Positions 18,702 through 29,240 of a DNA stretch of 64,000 nucleotides are shown one piece after another (the stretch's first letter is position 1; each line of letters opens with the position of its first letter). The notes beneath the pieces are model-generated. The model was not told the DNA's origin. It ran no database searches and was given only the letters and a program-made list of their open reading frames with translations. Both the position numbers and the translations under genes were made by a program. This DNA is from an uncultured Acidimicrobiales bacterium (lineage in GTDB: Bacteria; Actinomycetota; Acidimicrobiia; Acidimicrobiales; VFJN01). The DNA is taken from contig CAVTKS010000007.1 in assembly GCA_963735375.1 (NCBI GenBank), positions 333,585-397,584 on the forward strand. Reading direction: 5' to 3'.

Positions 18702-20212
18702 GCCGCACGCCCGTCGAGGAACGCTGGCTCGGCGCGCAGCGCCAGCGCGGCGCTGACGTGCCCGACGCCGAGCGGGCCTTCGTGTCCACCCAGGTCCGCG
18801 ATCGTGCGCGCGACACGGCGCACCCCACCCAGCCCTCGCCCGGTCAGCCGCCCGTTGCGCAGCACTCGTTCGACCAGTCGCGTCGCCGGGCGGTCGAGCG
18901 CCGCAACCGCGTCGAGACGCCAGGCGGGCAGCTGGGCGTTGGCGACGACGTCACGATCGTGCGCGACGGCGCGTGCACCGGCAACGCGGCGTGCGACATC
19001 GGACGTGGTTTCGCCTGTCTCGCTCGACAGCAGCTCGACCACATCGGGACGCCCGACCTCGACCCGGAGGTCGAACCGATCGACCAGCGGACCCGAGAGC
19101 CTGCGGGCGTAGCGGGCGCGAGCAGACGGCGTGCAGCGACACGCGCCCGGTGTCGCGCCGTCGCCGCACGGGCACGGGTTCATGGCGCCGACGAGCAGCA
19201 ACCTGGCAGGGAAGGCCACCTTGGCCGCGGCACGGGCCACCCGGATGACACCCTCCTCGAGCGGCTGTCGCAGGTTGTCGAGCACCGCCGGCTCGAACTC
19301 GCCCAGCTCGTCCAGGAACAGAACACCGCGATGGGCCAGGCTGACCTCGCCCGGCTGCATGGTGTGGGACCCGCCGCCGACCAACGACACCGCCGACGCG
19401 CCGTGGTGCGGCGCGCGGAACGGTGGACGGCGGATGAGCCCTCCCTGAGGGAGCGGCAGCCCGGCCGCGGAGTGGATGCAGGTGGCTTCGAGGGCGTGCT
19501 CGGACGTCAGGTCCGGGAGCAGGCCGGGCAGGCGACGGGCGAGCATCGTCTTGCCGGCGCCCGGGGGCCCGACGAGCAGCAGGTGATGACCACCCGCGGC
19601 CGCCACCTCGAGGGCGTAGCGAGCCGCCGGCTGGCCCCGCACGTCGGCCAGGTCGGGACCGGGCGGCGGCGCGGGCGGCTCGACGGGTTCGGGCGGATCG
19701 GGCCAGGGGCCACGGCCCGTCAGCGCTGCCGCCAGGGCGGCCAGGGTCGACACCGGCCGCACCAGGTGGCGATCGACGAGCTGGGCCTCGACCGTGCATC
19801 CTTCGGGCACGACGACCTCGGGCTCGACCAGGGCGTCGATCAACGGCAACGCGCCCGGCACGGCGCGCACCGACCCGTCGAGCCCCAGCTCGCCCACGAA
19901 GGCCCGCCCCGCCAGGCAACCGAGGGGGATCTGCTCGCTCGCGGCCAGCAGGCCCGCGGCGATGGCCAGGTCGAGCCCCGCGCCGACCTTGCGGAGCCCC
20001 GGCGGCGCCAGGTTGACCGTCACCCGGGCGTTGGGCCACTTGAGGCCCGAGGACATGAGCGCCGCCCGCACCCGGTCGCGGGCTTCGCGGCAGGTGGTGT
20101 CAGGTAGCCCGACCACGGTGAAGCCGGGCAGGCCGGACGACACGTGGACTTCGACCCGGACGGGACGGCCCTCGACGCCGAGCAGCGTCGCGGAGCGGAC
20201 TGATGCGAGCAC
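18698..20212 (-). CDS. YifB/ComM family Mg-chelatase-like AAA+ ATPase
   Basis: Protein reads MLASVRSATLLGVEGRPVRVEVHVSSGLPGFTVVGLPD...LLLVGPPGAGKTMLARRLPGLLP...GVLFLDELGEF. Confidence 0.9.
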   Translation of the reverse strand: MLASVRSATLLGVEGRPVRVEVHVSSGLPGFTVVGLPDTTCREARDRVRAALMSSGLKWPNARVTVNLAPPGLRKVGAGLDLAIAAGLLAASEQIPLGCLAGRAFVGELGLDGSVRAVPGALPLIDALVEPEVVVPEGCTVEAQLVDRHLVRPVSTLAALAAALTGRGPWPDPPEPVEPPAPPPGPDLADVRGQPAARYALEVAAAGGHHLLLVGPPGAGKTMLARRLPGLLPDLTSEHALEATCIHSAAGLPLPQGGLIRRPPFRAPHHGASAVSLVGGGSHTMQPGEVSLAHRGVLFLDELGEFEPAVLDNLRQPLEEGVIRVARAAAKVAFPARLLLVGAMNPCPCGDGATPGACRCTPSARARYARRLSGPLVDRFDLRVEVGRPDVVELLSSETGETTSDVARRVAGARAVAHDRDVVANAQLPAWRLDAVAALDRPATRLVERVLRNGRLTGRGLGGVRRVARTIADLGGHEGPLGVGHVSAALALRAEPAFLDGRAA

Positions 20213-20408
20213 GGCGGCTGCTCCTCACAACGGTGTGCGTGAGGTGGCCGGCTCTGGTGTATCCGTTCGGCCACGAGCGCCGCCGCTGCCCGGTCGTCGC
20301 CGGCTCGGTGCGTGGCAACACCTTAGCGGGGCGGTATGGCACCCAAAGACGCGGGAACACCGCTCGCTCGATCTGCGCATCACCCGGCGGGCGCACGATA
20401 CTGAGCCC

Positions 20409-20519
20409 GTGGGCCTGAACCCGTTCCGCCAACAGCGCCGCTCCCCCGCAGACATCCTCATGGTGGCCGGTGCCCTGCTCGTGTGCGTGGCGCTCGTCGC
20501 CTGGGCGCTCTTCGCCTAA
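20409..20519 (+). CDS. Possible small membrane peptide (36 aa)
   Basis: Protein reads VGLNPFRQQRRSPADILMVAGALLVCVALVAWALFA. A -10-like GATACT lies 6 nt upstream of the GTG, so the transcript could be leaderless. There is no homology support. Confidence 0.3.
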   Translation: MGLNPFRQQRRSPADILMVAGALLVCVALVAWALFA

Positions 20520-20540
20520 GCCGCTGGCGAGCATGCGCCC

Positions 20541-20774
20541 GTGACCCGCGACCTCTTCGACGACGGCGCCGAAGTGCGCCGCGTCCAGCCGTACCAGGCC
20601 ACCAAGCGCTACATCTGCCCGGGCTGCAACCAGGACATCCCGCCTGGCACGGGCCACGTCGTCGCCATCCCCGCCGCGTCTCCCGAGCTGCGTCGCCACT
20701 GGCACCACGGCTGCTGGGCCCACCGCGACCGCCGCCGTCCCGGTCGGGTCCGACGACCGGGCTCGAGGTCATAG
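20541..20774 (+). CDS. Small Cys/His-rich (zinc-ribbon-like) hypothetical protein
   Basis: 77 aa: MTRDLFDDGAEVRRVQPYQATKRYICPGCNQDIPPGTGHVVAIP...RRHWHHGCW. GC3-rich codons. Confidence 0.55.
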   Translation: MTRDLFDDGAEVRRVQPYQATKRYICPGCNQDIPPGTGHVVAIPAASPELRRHWHHGCWAHRDRRRPGRVRRPGSRS

Positions 20775-20813
20775 GTCCTGCACAGCCGGTCACCGCGGCG
20801 TAGGTGATGCCCG

Positions 20814-21206
20814 TCAGAATGCGGCCTCGATGACCTCCACCTTGCCGCTCATGACAGAGGCGACGTCGAAGCGGATGCCCCGCCGAGCGGCGGAAACGGA
20901 CGTCGGCTGGTCGGCCAGGAACCGGGTCGCCAGTAACCGCAGGCGGCGCTGCTTGGCGAACGTCACGGCCTCCGCCGGCACGCCGAAGCGGCTGGACGAC
21001 CGCGTCTTGACCTCGCAGATGACCAGCTCACCGTCCCGCGCGAGCACGAGATCGATCTCGCCCTCGCGGCACCGCCAGTTGCGGGCCAGGACCTCGTAGC
21101 CGCGGACGACGTACCAGTCGGCCGTGAGCTGCTCGCCACGAGCACCCAGCCGTTGGCGATGGCCCTGCGCCGCGGGCGGTCGGCCGGGCCGTGAGCTCGA
21201 TGCCAC
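20814..21206 (-). CDS. YraN family (UPF0102) endonuclease-like protein
   Basis: Protein reads GEQLTADWYVVRGYEVLARNWRCREGEIDLVLARDGELVICEVKTR. Syntenic with yifB and dprA. Confidence 0.85.
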   Translation of the reverse strand: MASSSRPGRPPAAQGHRQRLGARGEQLTADWYVVRGYEVLARNWRCREGEIDLVLARDGELVICEVKTRSSSRFGVPAEAVTFAKQRRLRLLATRFLADQPTSVSAARRGIRFDVASVMSGKVEVIEAAF

Positions 21207-21218
21207 GACGCCGGACCC

Positions 21219-21512
21219 CTACCCGTCCTTGGTGGGGAGCTCCTCGACGTTCACGTCCTTGAACGTGACGATGCGCACGCTCTGGACGAACCGGCTGGTG
21301 CGGTACATGTCCCACACCCAGGCGTCACGCAGGTCGAGCTCGACGTACGTGCGCCCGCCGGCGTCGCGAACGGTCTGCTTCACCTCGTTGGCCAGGTAGA
21401 AGCGCCGCTCGGTCTCGACGACGTACGAGAACATCGGGCTGACATCCTTGTACTCCTTGTAGAGCTGGAGCTCGATGTCGGCCTCGTAGCGCTCGAGGTC
21501 CTCGGTGCTCAT
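21219..21512 (-). CDS. DUF2469 family protein (Rv2901c-like)
   Basis: Protein reads MSTEDLERYEADIELQLYKEYKDVSPMFSYVVETERRFYLANEV... 97 aa. The ATG at 21512 was verified. Confidence 0.85.
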   Translation of the reverse strand: MSTEDLERYEADIELQLYKEYKDVSPMFSYVVETERRFYLANEVKQTVRDAGGRTYVELDLRDAWVWDMYRTSRFVQSVRIVTFKDVNVEELPTKDG

Positions 21513-21543
21513 GACCCGCACCCTATAGGGCGGGGGGCACGGC

Positions 21544-21891
21544 TCAGTTCTCGCGCTTCTCCTTGACCTTCGCGGCCTTACCGATGCGGTCGCGGAGGTA
21601 GTAGAGCTTGGCGCGGCGCACGTCGCCACGGATGACGCGTTCGATCTTGGCGATCGTCGGCGCGTGCAGCGGGAAGGTGCGCTCGACACCCACCCCGTAG
21701 CTGACCTTGCGGACTTTGAAGGTCTCGCGGACGCCCGAGCCGGAGCGGCCGATGACCACGCCCTGGAAGACCTGGACACGCTCCTTCTGACCCTCGACCA
21801 CTCGCACGTGCACCTTGAGGGTGTCGCCGGGCGCGAAATCGGGGATGTCGCTACGCAGGTTTGTCTGATCGACCAGGTCGGTGGTGTTCAT
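21544..21891 (-). CDS. rplS: 50S ribosomal protein L19
   Basis: Protein reads [47 protein letters not shown]... Confidence 0.93.
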   Translation of the reverse strand: MNTTDLVDQTNLRSDIPDFAPGDTLKVHVRVVEGQKERVQVFQGVVIGRSGSGVRETFKVRKVSYGVGVERTFPLHAPTIAKIERVIRGDVRRAKLYYLRDRIGKAAKVKEKREN

Positions 21892-21970
21892 CGCGCGTCG
21901 CTCCGGCGGAGGCGTCATTCAGGCGGACGGAAGATCGTATCCGGCGACCCGCAACCGACACAAAGCGAGG

Positions 21971-22726
21971 TCAGCAGCCACCGGAGGCCGACGGAGGGAG
22001 ACCGTCGTCGAGATCGAACTCGGCCAACAGCTTACGGTCGTCGGGGCCGATGCCCCCCCGGTTCCCGATCAGATCCGGGCGCCGGTCGATGGTGCGTCGC
22101 AACGCCTGGGCCCGCCGCCAGCGGCCGACACGCCCGTGGTCGCCGCTGCGCAGGATCTCGGGGACCGCCCACCCACGGAACTCGGCCGGTCGGGTGTAGT
22201 GCGGGTACTCGAGCAGGCCGTCGCTGAACGACTCGTCGTCGGCCGAGGTCGTGTTGCCCATCACACCCGGCACCAGGCGCCCGACGGCCTCGATGACGGC
22301 CATCGCCGCCACCTCGCCGCCCGACAACACCACGTCGCCGATCGACAGCTCGCCGTCGCAGAGGTGGTCCCGGATGCGCTCGTCGACGCCCTCGTACCGG
22401 CCGCAGAGCAGGCTGAAGCCGTCGAGCTCCGCCAGCTGTCGAGCCACCGGCTGGTCGAACCTGCGGCCCGCCGGGCTGAGGTAGAGGAGCGGACGGGGAG
22501 GGTCGATGGCCTCGACGGCCGCGAACACCGGCTCGGGCATCAGCACCATGCCCGCTCCCCCGCCGAACGGTGCGTCGTCGACCGACCGGTGCGGGTCGGT
22601 CGCGCACGAGCGCAGGTCGTGGACCCTGACCTCGAGCGCCCCCGTCGACCGGGCCTTGCCGATCAGGCTCTGCTCGGCGAAGTGCTCGACCATGTCCGGG
22701 AAGATCGTGAACACGTCGATGCGCAT
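21971..22726 (-). CDS. trmD: tRNA (guanine37-N1)-methyltransferase
   Basis: Protein reads MRIDVFTIFPDMVEHFAEQSLIGKA...LLCGRYEGVDERI...SIGDVVLSGGEVAAM. Confidence 0.93.
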   Translation of the reverse strand: MRIDVFTIFPDMVEHFAEQSLIGKARSTGALEVRVHDLRSCATDPHRSVDDAPFGGGAGMVLMPEPVFAAVEAIDPPRPLLYLSPAGRRFDQPVARQLAELDGFSLLCGRYEGVDERIRDHLCDGELSIGDVVLSGGEVAAMAVIEAVGRLVPGVMGNTTSADDESFSDGLLEYPHYTRPAEFRGWAVPEILRSGDHGRVGRWRRAQALRRTIDRRPDLIGNRGGIGPDDRKLLAEFDLDDGLPPSASGGC

Positions 22727-22751
22727 CGTGTGCCGTCCTGCGACGCCCTGG

Positions 22752-23231
22752 TCAGAGATCGAACAGCCCGGCGGGCGGATCGATCGTCAGCTCGGACGCC
22801 GTGTGGTCGACGACGAACACGACGGGCACGAGGGCTCCGCTGTCGAGCTCGATCAGGTCGGCGGCGGGGTTGGCGATGACCCCGACGCAGCGGCCGACGG
22901 CGTCGCCTCCCACGGTCACGACCGACGCGCCGACCATGTCGTGGACCCACAGCTCGCCGGGGTCCTCGACCGCCTCGGCGCGCAGGACCAGCCCGCGCAG
23001 CTCGTCGGCCTGCTCACGGGTTGCACAACCGTCGAAGGCGACGATCCAGCGGTCGTGATGGCGCCGCGACGCCACGACGAGCAGCTCTCCACGGTCGGTC
23101 GCCAGCACGGCGCCGTGGTCGAGGCGCTCGTCGCGATCGGTGACCAGGTTGACGAGGACCTCGCCACGCAGGCCGTGAGGTTTGGTGATGCGTCCGACCT
23201 CGAGCAGCGCGGGGCGGGCCGGGCCCGTCAT
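22752..23231 (-). CDS. rimM: 16S rRNA processing protein RimM
   Basis: Protein reads LLEVGRITKPHGLRGEVLVNLVTDRDERL. It lies between trmD and rpsP. Confidence 0.88.
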   Translation of the reverse strand: MTGPARPALLEVGRITKPHGLRGEVLVNLVTDRDERLDHGAVLATDRGELLVVASRRHHDRWIVAFDGCATREQADELRGLVLRAEAVEDPGELWVHDMVGASVVTVGGDAVGRCVGVIANPAADLIELDSGALVPVVFVVDHTASELTIDPPAGLFDL

Positions 23232-23320
23232 CCGTCGGCCCTGGCGGGAGCGGAGTCCGCCGGGCGCAGGCCGGACGTCAACGACCGTGTCGCGTCAGCG
23301 GCCATGCCCGCGGACCCCCT

Positions 23321-23587
23321 TCAGTCCTCGAACTCGACCTCGACGTCGCTGCCGTCGCGCGCGGCAGCGGCACGCACGACAGTGCGGATCGCCTGCGCGA
23401 CCCGGCCACGCTTGCCGATGACCCGGCCCATGTCGGACGGGCCCACGCGCACTGTGAGGCGGGGCAGCGAGCGGCCCTCGGACAGGTCGATGCGCACGGC
23501 GTCGCGGTCTTCGACCAACGAGCCGACCAGGTGCTCGAGCACCGCCTGCGCGGTGGGAACGGCGACAGGTGAGGCGGTGTCGCTCAC
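23321..23587 (-). CDS. KH-domain RNA-binding protein (UPF0109)
   Basis: Protein reads VLEHLVGSLVEDRDAVRIDL...VGPSDMGRVIGKRGRVAQAIRTVV. The GTG at 23587 forms a GTGA overlap with the rpsP stop. Confidence 0.8.
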   Translation of the reverse strand: MSDTASPVAVPTAQAVLEHLVGSLVEDRDAVRIDLSEGRSLPRLTVRVGPSDMGRVIGKRGRVAQAIRTVVRAAAARDGSDVEVEFED

Positions 23588-24045
23588 TCGGAGCCCTCGG
23601 CGGGCTCGGTCTCGGCGGGCGCGGCGGCGTCGGTCGCGGGCTCGTCGACCTTGGCAGCCTCGGCCTTCGCCTCGGCGACCTTGGGCTTCGCGGCCGGCTT
23701 GGGAGCCTCGGCCTTGGGTGCCTCGACCTTGGGAGCCTCGGCCTTGGGTGCCTCGACCTTGGGCGTCAGGACCGGGCGGGTCCGCGGCTCGCCGCTGAAC
23801 TCCTCCCAGGCACCCGAGATCTCGAGGAGCTTGCGCACGGACTCGGTCGGCTGGGCGCCCTTGCGGAGCCAACCGAGAGCCTTGTCGTTGTCGATGCGGA
23901 CGGCGGAGGGGTCGGGACGGGGGTCGTAGATGCCCACGATCTCGATGAAGCGCCCGTTGCGGGGCGACCGGGCATCGGCCGCGACCACGCGATAGGTCGG
24001 CTGCTTCTTCTTGCCCATCCGCATGAGGCGGAGCTTGACGGCCAC
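23584..24045 (-). CDS. rpsP: 30S ribosomal protein S16 with a repetitive Lys/Ala/Pro/Glu C-terminal extension
   Basis: Protein reads VAVKLRLMRMGKKKQPTYRVVAADARSPRNGRFIEIVGIYDP. The GTG at 24045 was verified. The tail reads PKVEAPKAEAPKVEAPKAEAPKPAAKPKVAEAK. Confidence 0.9.
   Translation of the reverse strand: MAVKLRLMRMGKKKQPTYRVVAADARSPRNGRFIEIVGIYDPRPDPSAVRIDNDKALGWLRKGAQPTESVRKLLEISGAWEEFSGEPRTRPVLTPKVEAPKAEAPKVEAPKAEAPKPAAKPKVAEAKAEAAKVDEPATDAAAPAETEPAEGSE
23701..23760. repeat. Perfect 2 x 30-nt tandem repeat (gggagcctcggccttgggtgcctcgacctt) in the rpsP tail
   Basis: Read directly: 23701-23730 equals 23731-23760, with degenerate copies on both sides. It is coding (KVEAPKAEAP units). Confidence 0.95.
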
Positions 24046-24177
24046 TCGTGTCTTCTTTCGTGTTCGGGGTGTCACCCGGCCGCGCGACTCGTGCGGAGCG
24101 GCGCGGCCTCTAGCGGAGCGACCGAAGATGATGCGCTGTTCGCGCCGGTCGGATCAAACCGCGGGCCGGTGACCAGG

Positions 24178-25599
<1,422 letters not shown>

Positions 25600-25680
25600 G
25601 AGTCGTGCAGCCTATCGGGCGACGGCCGGGTCGCTCAGGCCGCGGAGGCGATCGCCCGTCGCTGCCCTAGCTTTGTCGGA

Positions 25681-26359
25681 ATGAGTCCCAGCGACGTACC
25701 CGCAGCGGTGGCGAACCTCGCCAAGCCGTTGCTGCGCGGCTGGCTCCACCTGGTGTGCTTCTTCCTGGCGATCCCTGCCGGGGTGCTCGTCATCGCGCTC
25801 GCTAGCTCGCCCCGGGCGCGGGTCGGTGCCGCCATCTACGCCGCCGGCCTGATCGCGCTGTTCGGCGTCAGCGCGGCCTACCACCGTGGGCCCTGGTCGC
25901 CGACGTGGCGGCGCCGCATGCAATGCCTCGACCACACGACGATCTTCGTGATGATCGTGGGCAGCTACACACCGCTGTGCCTGCTGGTCCTCCAGGGCTG
26001 GGTGGCGGTGGCCACCCTGGTGACGGCCTGGGCCGGAGCCGTGCTGGGCGGCGTCCTCGCGTGGAGCGAGGGGCGCCGCGGCTCGACGCTCCGCAGCGGC
26101 CTGTACATCGCGCTCGGGATGGTTCGCCCTGGCGGCGACGCCGCAGCTGGTGCGCCACCTCAGCGTGACCGAGATGATCCTCATCGCCGTCGGCGGCGTG
26201 CTGTTCACGGCCGGAGCCATCTTCCTCGCCACCCGGTGGCCCGATCCGTTCCCACGGGTGTTCGGGTACCACGAGGTGTGGCACACGTTCGTGGTGGCGG
26301 CCGTCGTGTGCCACCTCGTCGCCATCGGCTCGGTGGTCAGCGGGGCGGGCGCCGCCTAG
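25681..26359 (+). pseudogene. Hemolysin-III / PAQR family membrane protein, frame broken by one extra nucleotide near 26119
   Basis: Frame A (25681-26118) ends ...RSGLYIALG. Frame A+1 continues WFALAATPQLVRHLSVTEMILIAVGGVLFTAGAIFLATRWPDPFPRVFGYHEVWHTFVVAAVVCH. Joined, they give a normal protein of about 225 aa. Confidence 0.85.
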
Positions 26360-26377
26360 AGCCAGCTCCCCGGTGTG

Positions 26378-26863
26378 TCAGCTCGAGGTGTCGCCGTTGC
26401 CCGTGGCCCCGATCACCAGGTGGCTCTCGACCTCGGCGACGCCCGGCACCGCGGCCGCGGCACGCTCGATGTCGGCCTTGCCGGTCTCGTGCGGCGCCCC
26501 GCCGCTGAGGATGGCCGTGCCACCAGCCACCTCGACGGCCGGCTGGGGCAGGTGCCAGGTGCGCGGCGAGTGCGACAGCTCGTAGCGCACGCGCTCGGCC
26601 ACGGCCTCGTCGCTGGCCGGGGCGCGACGCGCCGCCAGCGTGCGACGCAGGCGGTCACGTAGCTCCTGGCCGGTCGTGGGCGCCACCAGCAGGCCGATGG
26701 CGACACCCGTGCCCAGCGCCAGCACCCGCGTCAGCCCCACGAAGCGGCCGACCTTGTAGGTCGAACCGACCGAGAGCCTGCCCGCCGTGTAGCCGACCTT
26801 GGTTCCGGCCTTGCCCACTGCGTACGTCATGCGCACGGGGAACATCACCGCTCGAACAACCAT
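26378..26863 (-). CDS. BON domain protein with YtxH-like N-terminal helix
   Basis: Protein reads GVAIGLLVAPTTGQELRDRLRR... then VEVAGGTAILSGGAPHETGKADIERAAAAVPGVAEVESHLVI. Confidence 0.65.
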   Translation of the reverse strand: MVVRAVMFPVRMTYAVGKAGTKVGYTAGRLSVGSTYKVGRFVGLTRVLALGTGVAIGLLVAPTTGQELRDRLRRTLAARRAPASDEAVAERVRYELSHSPRTWHLPQPAVEVAGGTAILSGGAPHETGKADIERAAAAVPGVAEVESHLVIGATGNGDTSS

Positions 26864-26927
26864 GCCCTCGCCTCCAGTCAGACGGTCAGACGATAGGTCA
26901 GGACGTCACGACGGGCAGTCGACCCGC

Positions 26928-28083
26928 TCATGCGAACAGCGCGTCGACGAACTCGTCGGGATCGAACTCCACAAGATCATCCACCGTCTCGCCCAGGCCC
27001 ACCAGCTTGATCGGGATGCCGAGCGTGGCCTGGATGGCGAGCGCGATGCCGCCCTTGGCGGAGCCGTCGAGCTTGGTGAGCACCACGCCGGTGACGTCGA
27101 CGGCATCCGTGAACTGCTGGGCCTGCGCCAGGCCGTTCTGACCGGTGGTGGCGTCGAGGACGAGCAGCACCTCGGTGACGTTGCCCGGGTCGCGATCGGC
27201 GACCCGCCGCACCTTGCGCAGCTCCTCCATCAGGTTGGTCTTGGTGTGCAGCCGGCCGGCCGTGTCGCCGAGCACGAGGTCGTTGCCGCGGGCGGCCGCA
27301 CGCTCGACGGCGTCGAACACGACGGCCGAGGGGTCGCCCCCCTCGTTGCCGCGCACGAGGTCGGAGCCCGTGCGTTCGGCCCACATGCCCAGCTGCTCGG
27401 CGGCCGCGGCGCGGAAGGTGTCGCCCGCGGCCATGACCACGGAGCGGCCCTGCGCATGCTGCTGGCGGGCGATCTTGCCGATCGTGGTGGTCTTGCCCAC
27501 CCCGTTGACGCCGACGAACAGCCAGACGTTGGGGCTGCCGGGCTCGTGGTGGAGCGTGCGGTCACCGGTGACCAACAGGCCCTTGAGCTGGGACTTCAGG
27601 CGATCGAGCAAGACCTCGGGGTCGGTGATCGACTCGGCCTTCGCCGTCGTGCGCAGCTCGTCGAGGATCTGCTGCGTGATGACGACGCCGACATCGGCCC
27701 TGATGAGGGCCTCCTCCAGCTCGTCCCAGGTCTCCTCGTCGACCTTGCGTGAGCGGATCGACCCCAGGTAGCCGCCGAGGGTACCCCGGGCCTTCGCCAG
27801 CCGGTCGCGGAAGCTGGGCCTGACCGGCGCCGGCTCGACCGGAGGGGCGCGCCTCGACCGGGGCGGCCTCGGTCGGTGGGGCGACGGCGGTGCCGGCGCT
27901 CGCCCCGGTCTCGGTGGGTGCGACCTCGGGCCGTTCGGCAGTGACCGTGCCGGACCGGCCGCGTTCGACCGGCGGAGCCGGGGGCGGTTCGAGGTCGGTG
28001 CCCCCACGGGAGCGGAGGCCGACGTAGGCGAGGCCGCCGACGACGAGGACGGCGAGCACGACGAGCAGGATCACGATCTCCAT
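26928..28083 (-). CDS. ftsY: Signal recognition particle receptor FtsY (N-terminal TM/linker and NG domain lie in different frames as assembled)
   Basis: The NG domain is in ORF 26928..28007 (FVGVNGVGKTTTIGKIA, DTAGRLHTK, LTKLDGSAKGG). The TM start MEIVILLVVLAVLVVGGLAYVGL and a Pro/Ala/Glu linker are in ORF 27562..28083. The frame change lies between 27842 and 27853. Confidence 0.88.
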
Positions 28084-28109
28084 GGCGGAGTCGGAGCCTA
28101 CCGGCCCCC

Positions 28110-29240
28110 ATGCCCCGCCCTTCAGACACGGGGTCGTCCCCGATCCCGCCCGGCAGCGGCATCCGTACCGTCGGGCCCATGCCCGCCACCGGTCCCACCT
28201 CCGACGACGCCACCCTGCTCGAGCAGGCGCTGTTCGAGGTCCGCAAGGTCATCGTCGGACAGGACCGCCTGGTCGAACGCCTGATGGTGGCCCTGCTCGC
28301 CCGCGGCCACATCCTGCTCGAGGGCCCACCTGGCGTCGCCAAGACGCTGGCGGCCGAGACGTTGGCCACCGTGGTCGGCGGCAGCTTCGCCCGCGTGCAG
28401 TTCACCCCCGACCTGCTGCCGGCCGACATCACCGGCACCCGCATCTACCGGGCGTCGACCGAGGAGTTCGACGTCGAGCTCGGCCCCGTGTTCGTGAACC
28501 TGCTGCTGGCCGACGAGATCAACCGGGCGCCGGCCAAGGTGCAGTCGGCGCTGCTCGAGGTCATGTCCGAGCGCCAGGTCTCGATCGGCGGAACCACCTA
28601 CCCGGTGCCCGCCCCGTTCCTGGTGGTCGCCACACAGAACCCCGCCGAGTCCGAGGGCGTCTACCCCCTGCCGGAAGCGCAGCGCGACCGCTTCCTCATG
28701 AAGATCACCGTCCACCACCCGAGCCCGAACGACGAGCTGGAGATCGCGCGGCGCATGGGGGTCGAGCCGCCGACGCCCGTCGAGCGGTTGAACCTCGACG
28801 ACCTCATCCGGCTGCAGACGGCGGCCCGCACCGCCGTCTACGTCGACCACGGGGTGCAGCAGTACGCGGTCGACCTGGTCAGCGCGACCCGCGACCCGGC
28901 CAGCTACCACCTCGCGGAGCTCGCGCCGTTCATCGCCTGCGGGGCGTCGTCCCGGGCCACGCTCGGGCTGATCGCCGCAGGCCGGGCGCTGGCGCTGCTG
29001 CGCCGTCGATCCTACGTCCTGCCCCAGGACGTCTGGGACGTCGCTCCCGACGTGCTCACCCACCGCCTCGTGGTGTCCTACGACGCACTGGCCCAGGGGG
29101 TCGAGGCCGACCACCTGGTCACCAAGCTGCTCGCCACCGTCCCCGCGCCGCGGCTCACGCCCACCCAGGACGCCTCGGCCCAGCCCGTCCCGCCCGCGCC
29201 CCCCGGCGGCGACGGTCCCAAGCTGGCCTGGTCGGCGTGA
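28110..29240 (+). CDS. MoxR-like AAA+ ATPase
   Basis: Protein reads IVGQDRLVERLMVALLARGHILLEGPPGVAKTLAAETLA...LLADEINRAPAKVQSALLEVMSERQVSIGG. An alternative ATG at 28179 is possible. Confidence 0.88.
   Translation: MPRPSDTGSSPIPPGSGIRTVGPMPATGPTSDDATLLEQALFEVRKVIVGQDRLVERLMVALLARGHILLEGPPGVAKTLAAETLATVVGGSFARVQFTPDLLPADITGTRIYRASTEEFDVELGPVFVNLLLADEINRAPAKVQSALLEVMSERQVSIGGTTYPVPAPFLVVATQNPAESEGVYPLPEAQRDRFLMKITVHHPSPNDELEIARRMGVEPPTPVERLNLDDLIRLQTAARTAVYVDHGVQQYAVDLVSATRDPASYHLAELAPFIACGASSRATLGLIAAGRALALLRRRSYVLPQDVWDVAPDVLTHRLVVSYDALAQGVEADHLVTKLLATVPAPRLTPTQDASAQPVPPAPPGGDGPKLAWSA

Noticed and set aside
23641-23770. Short direct repeats that could be mistaken for a CRISPR-like array.
   Set aside because: The units are contiguous with no spacers, lie inside rpsP and are translated as KVEAPKAEAP. 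No cas genes are nearby.
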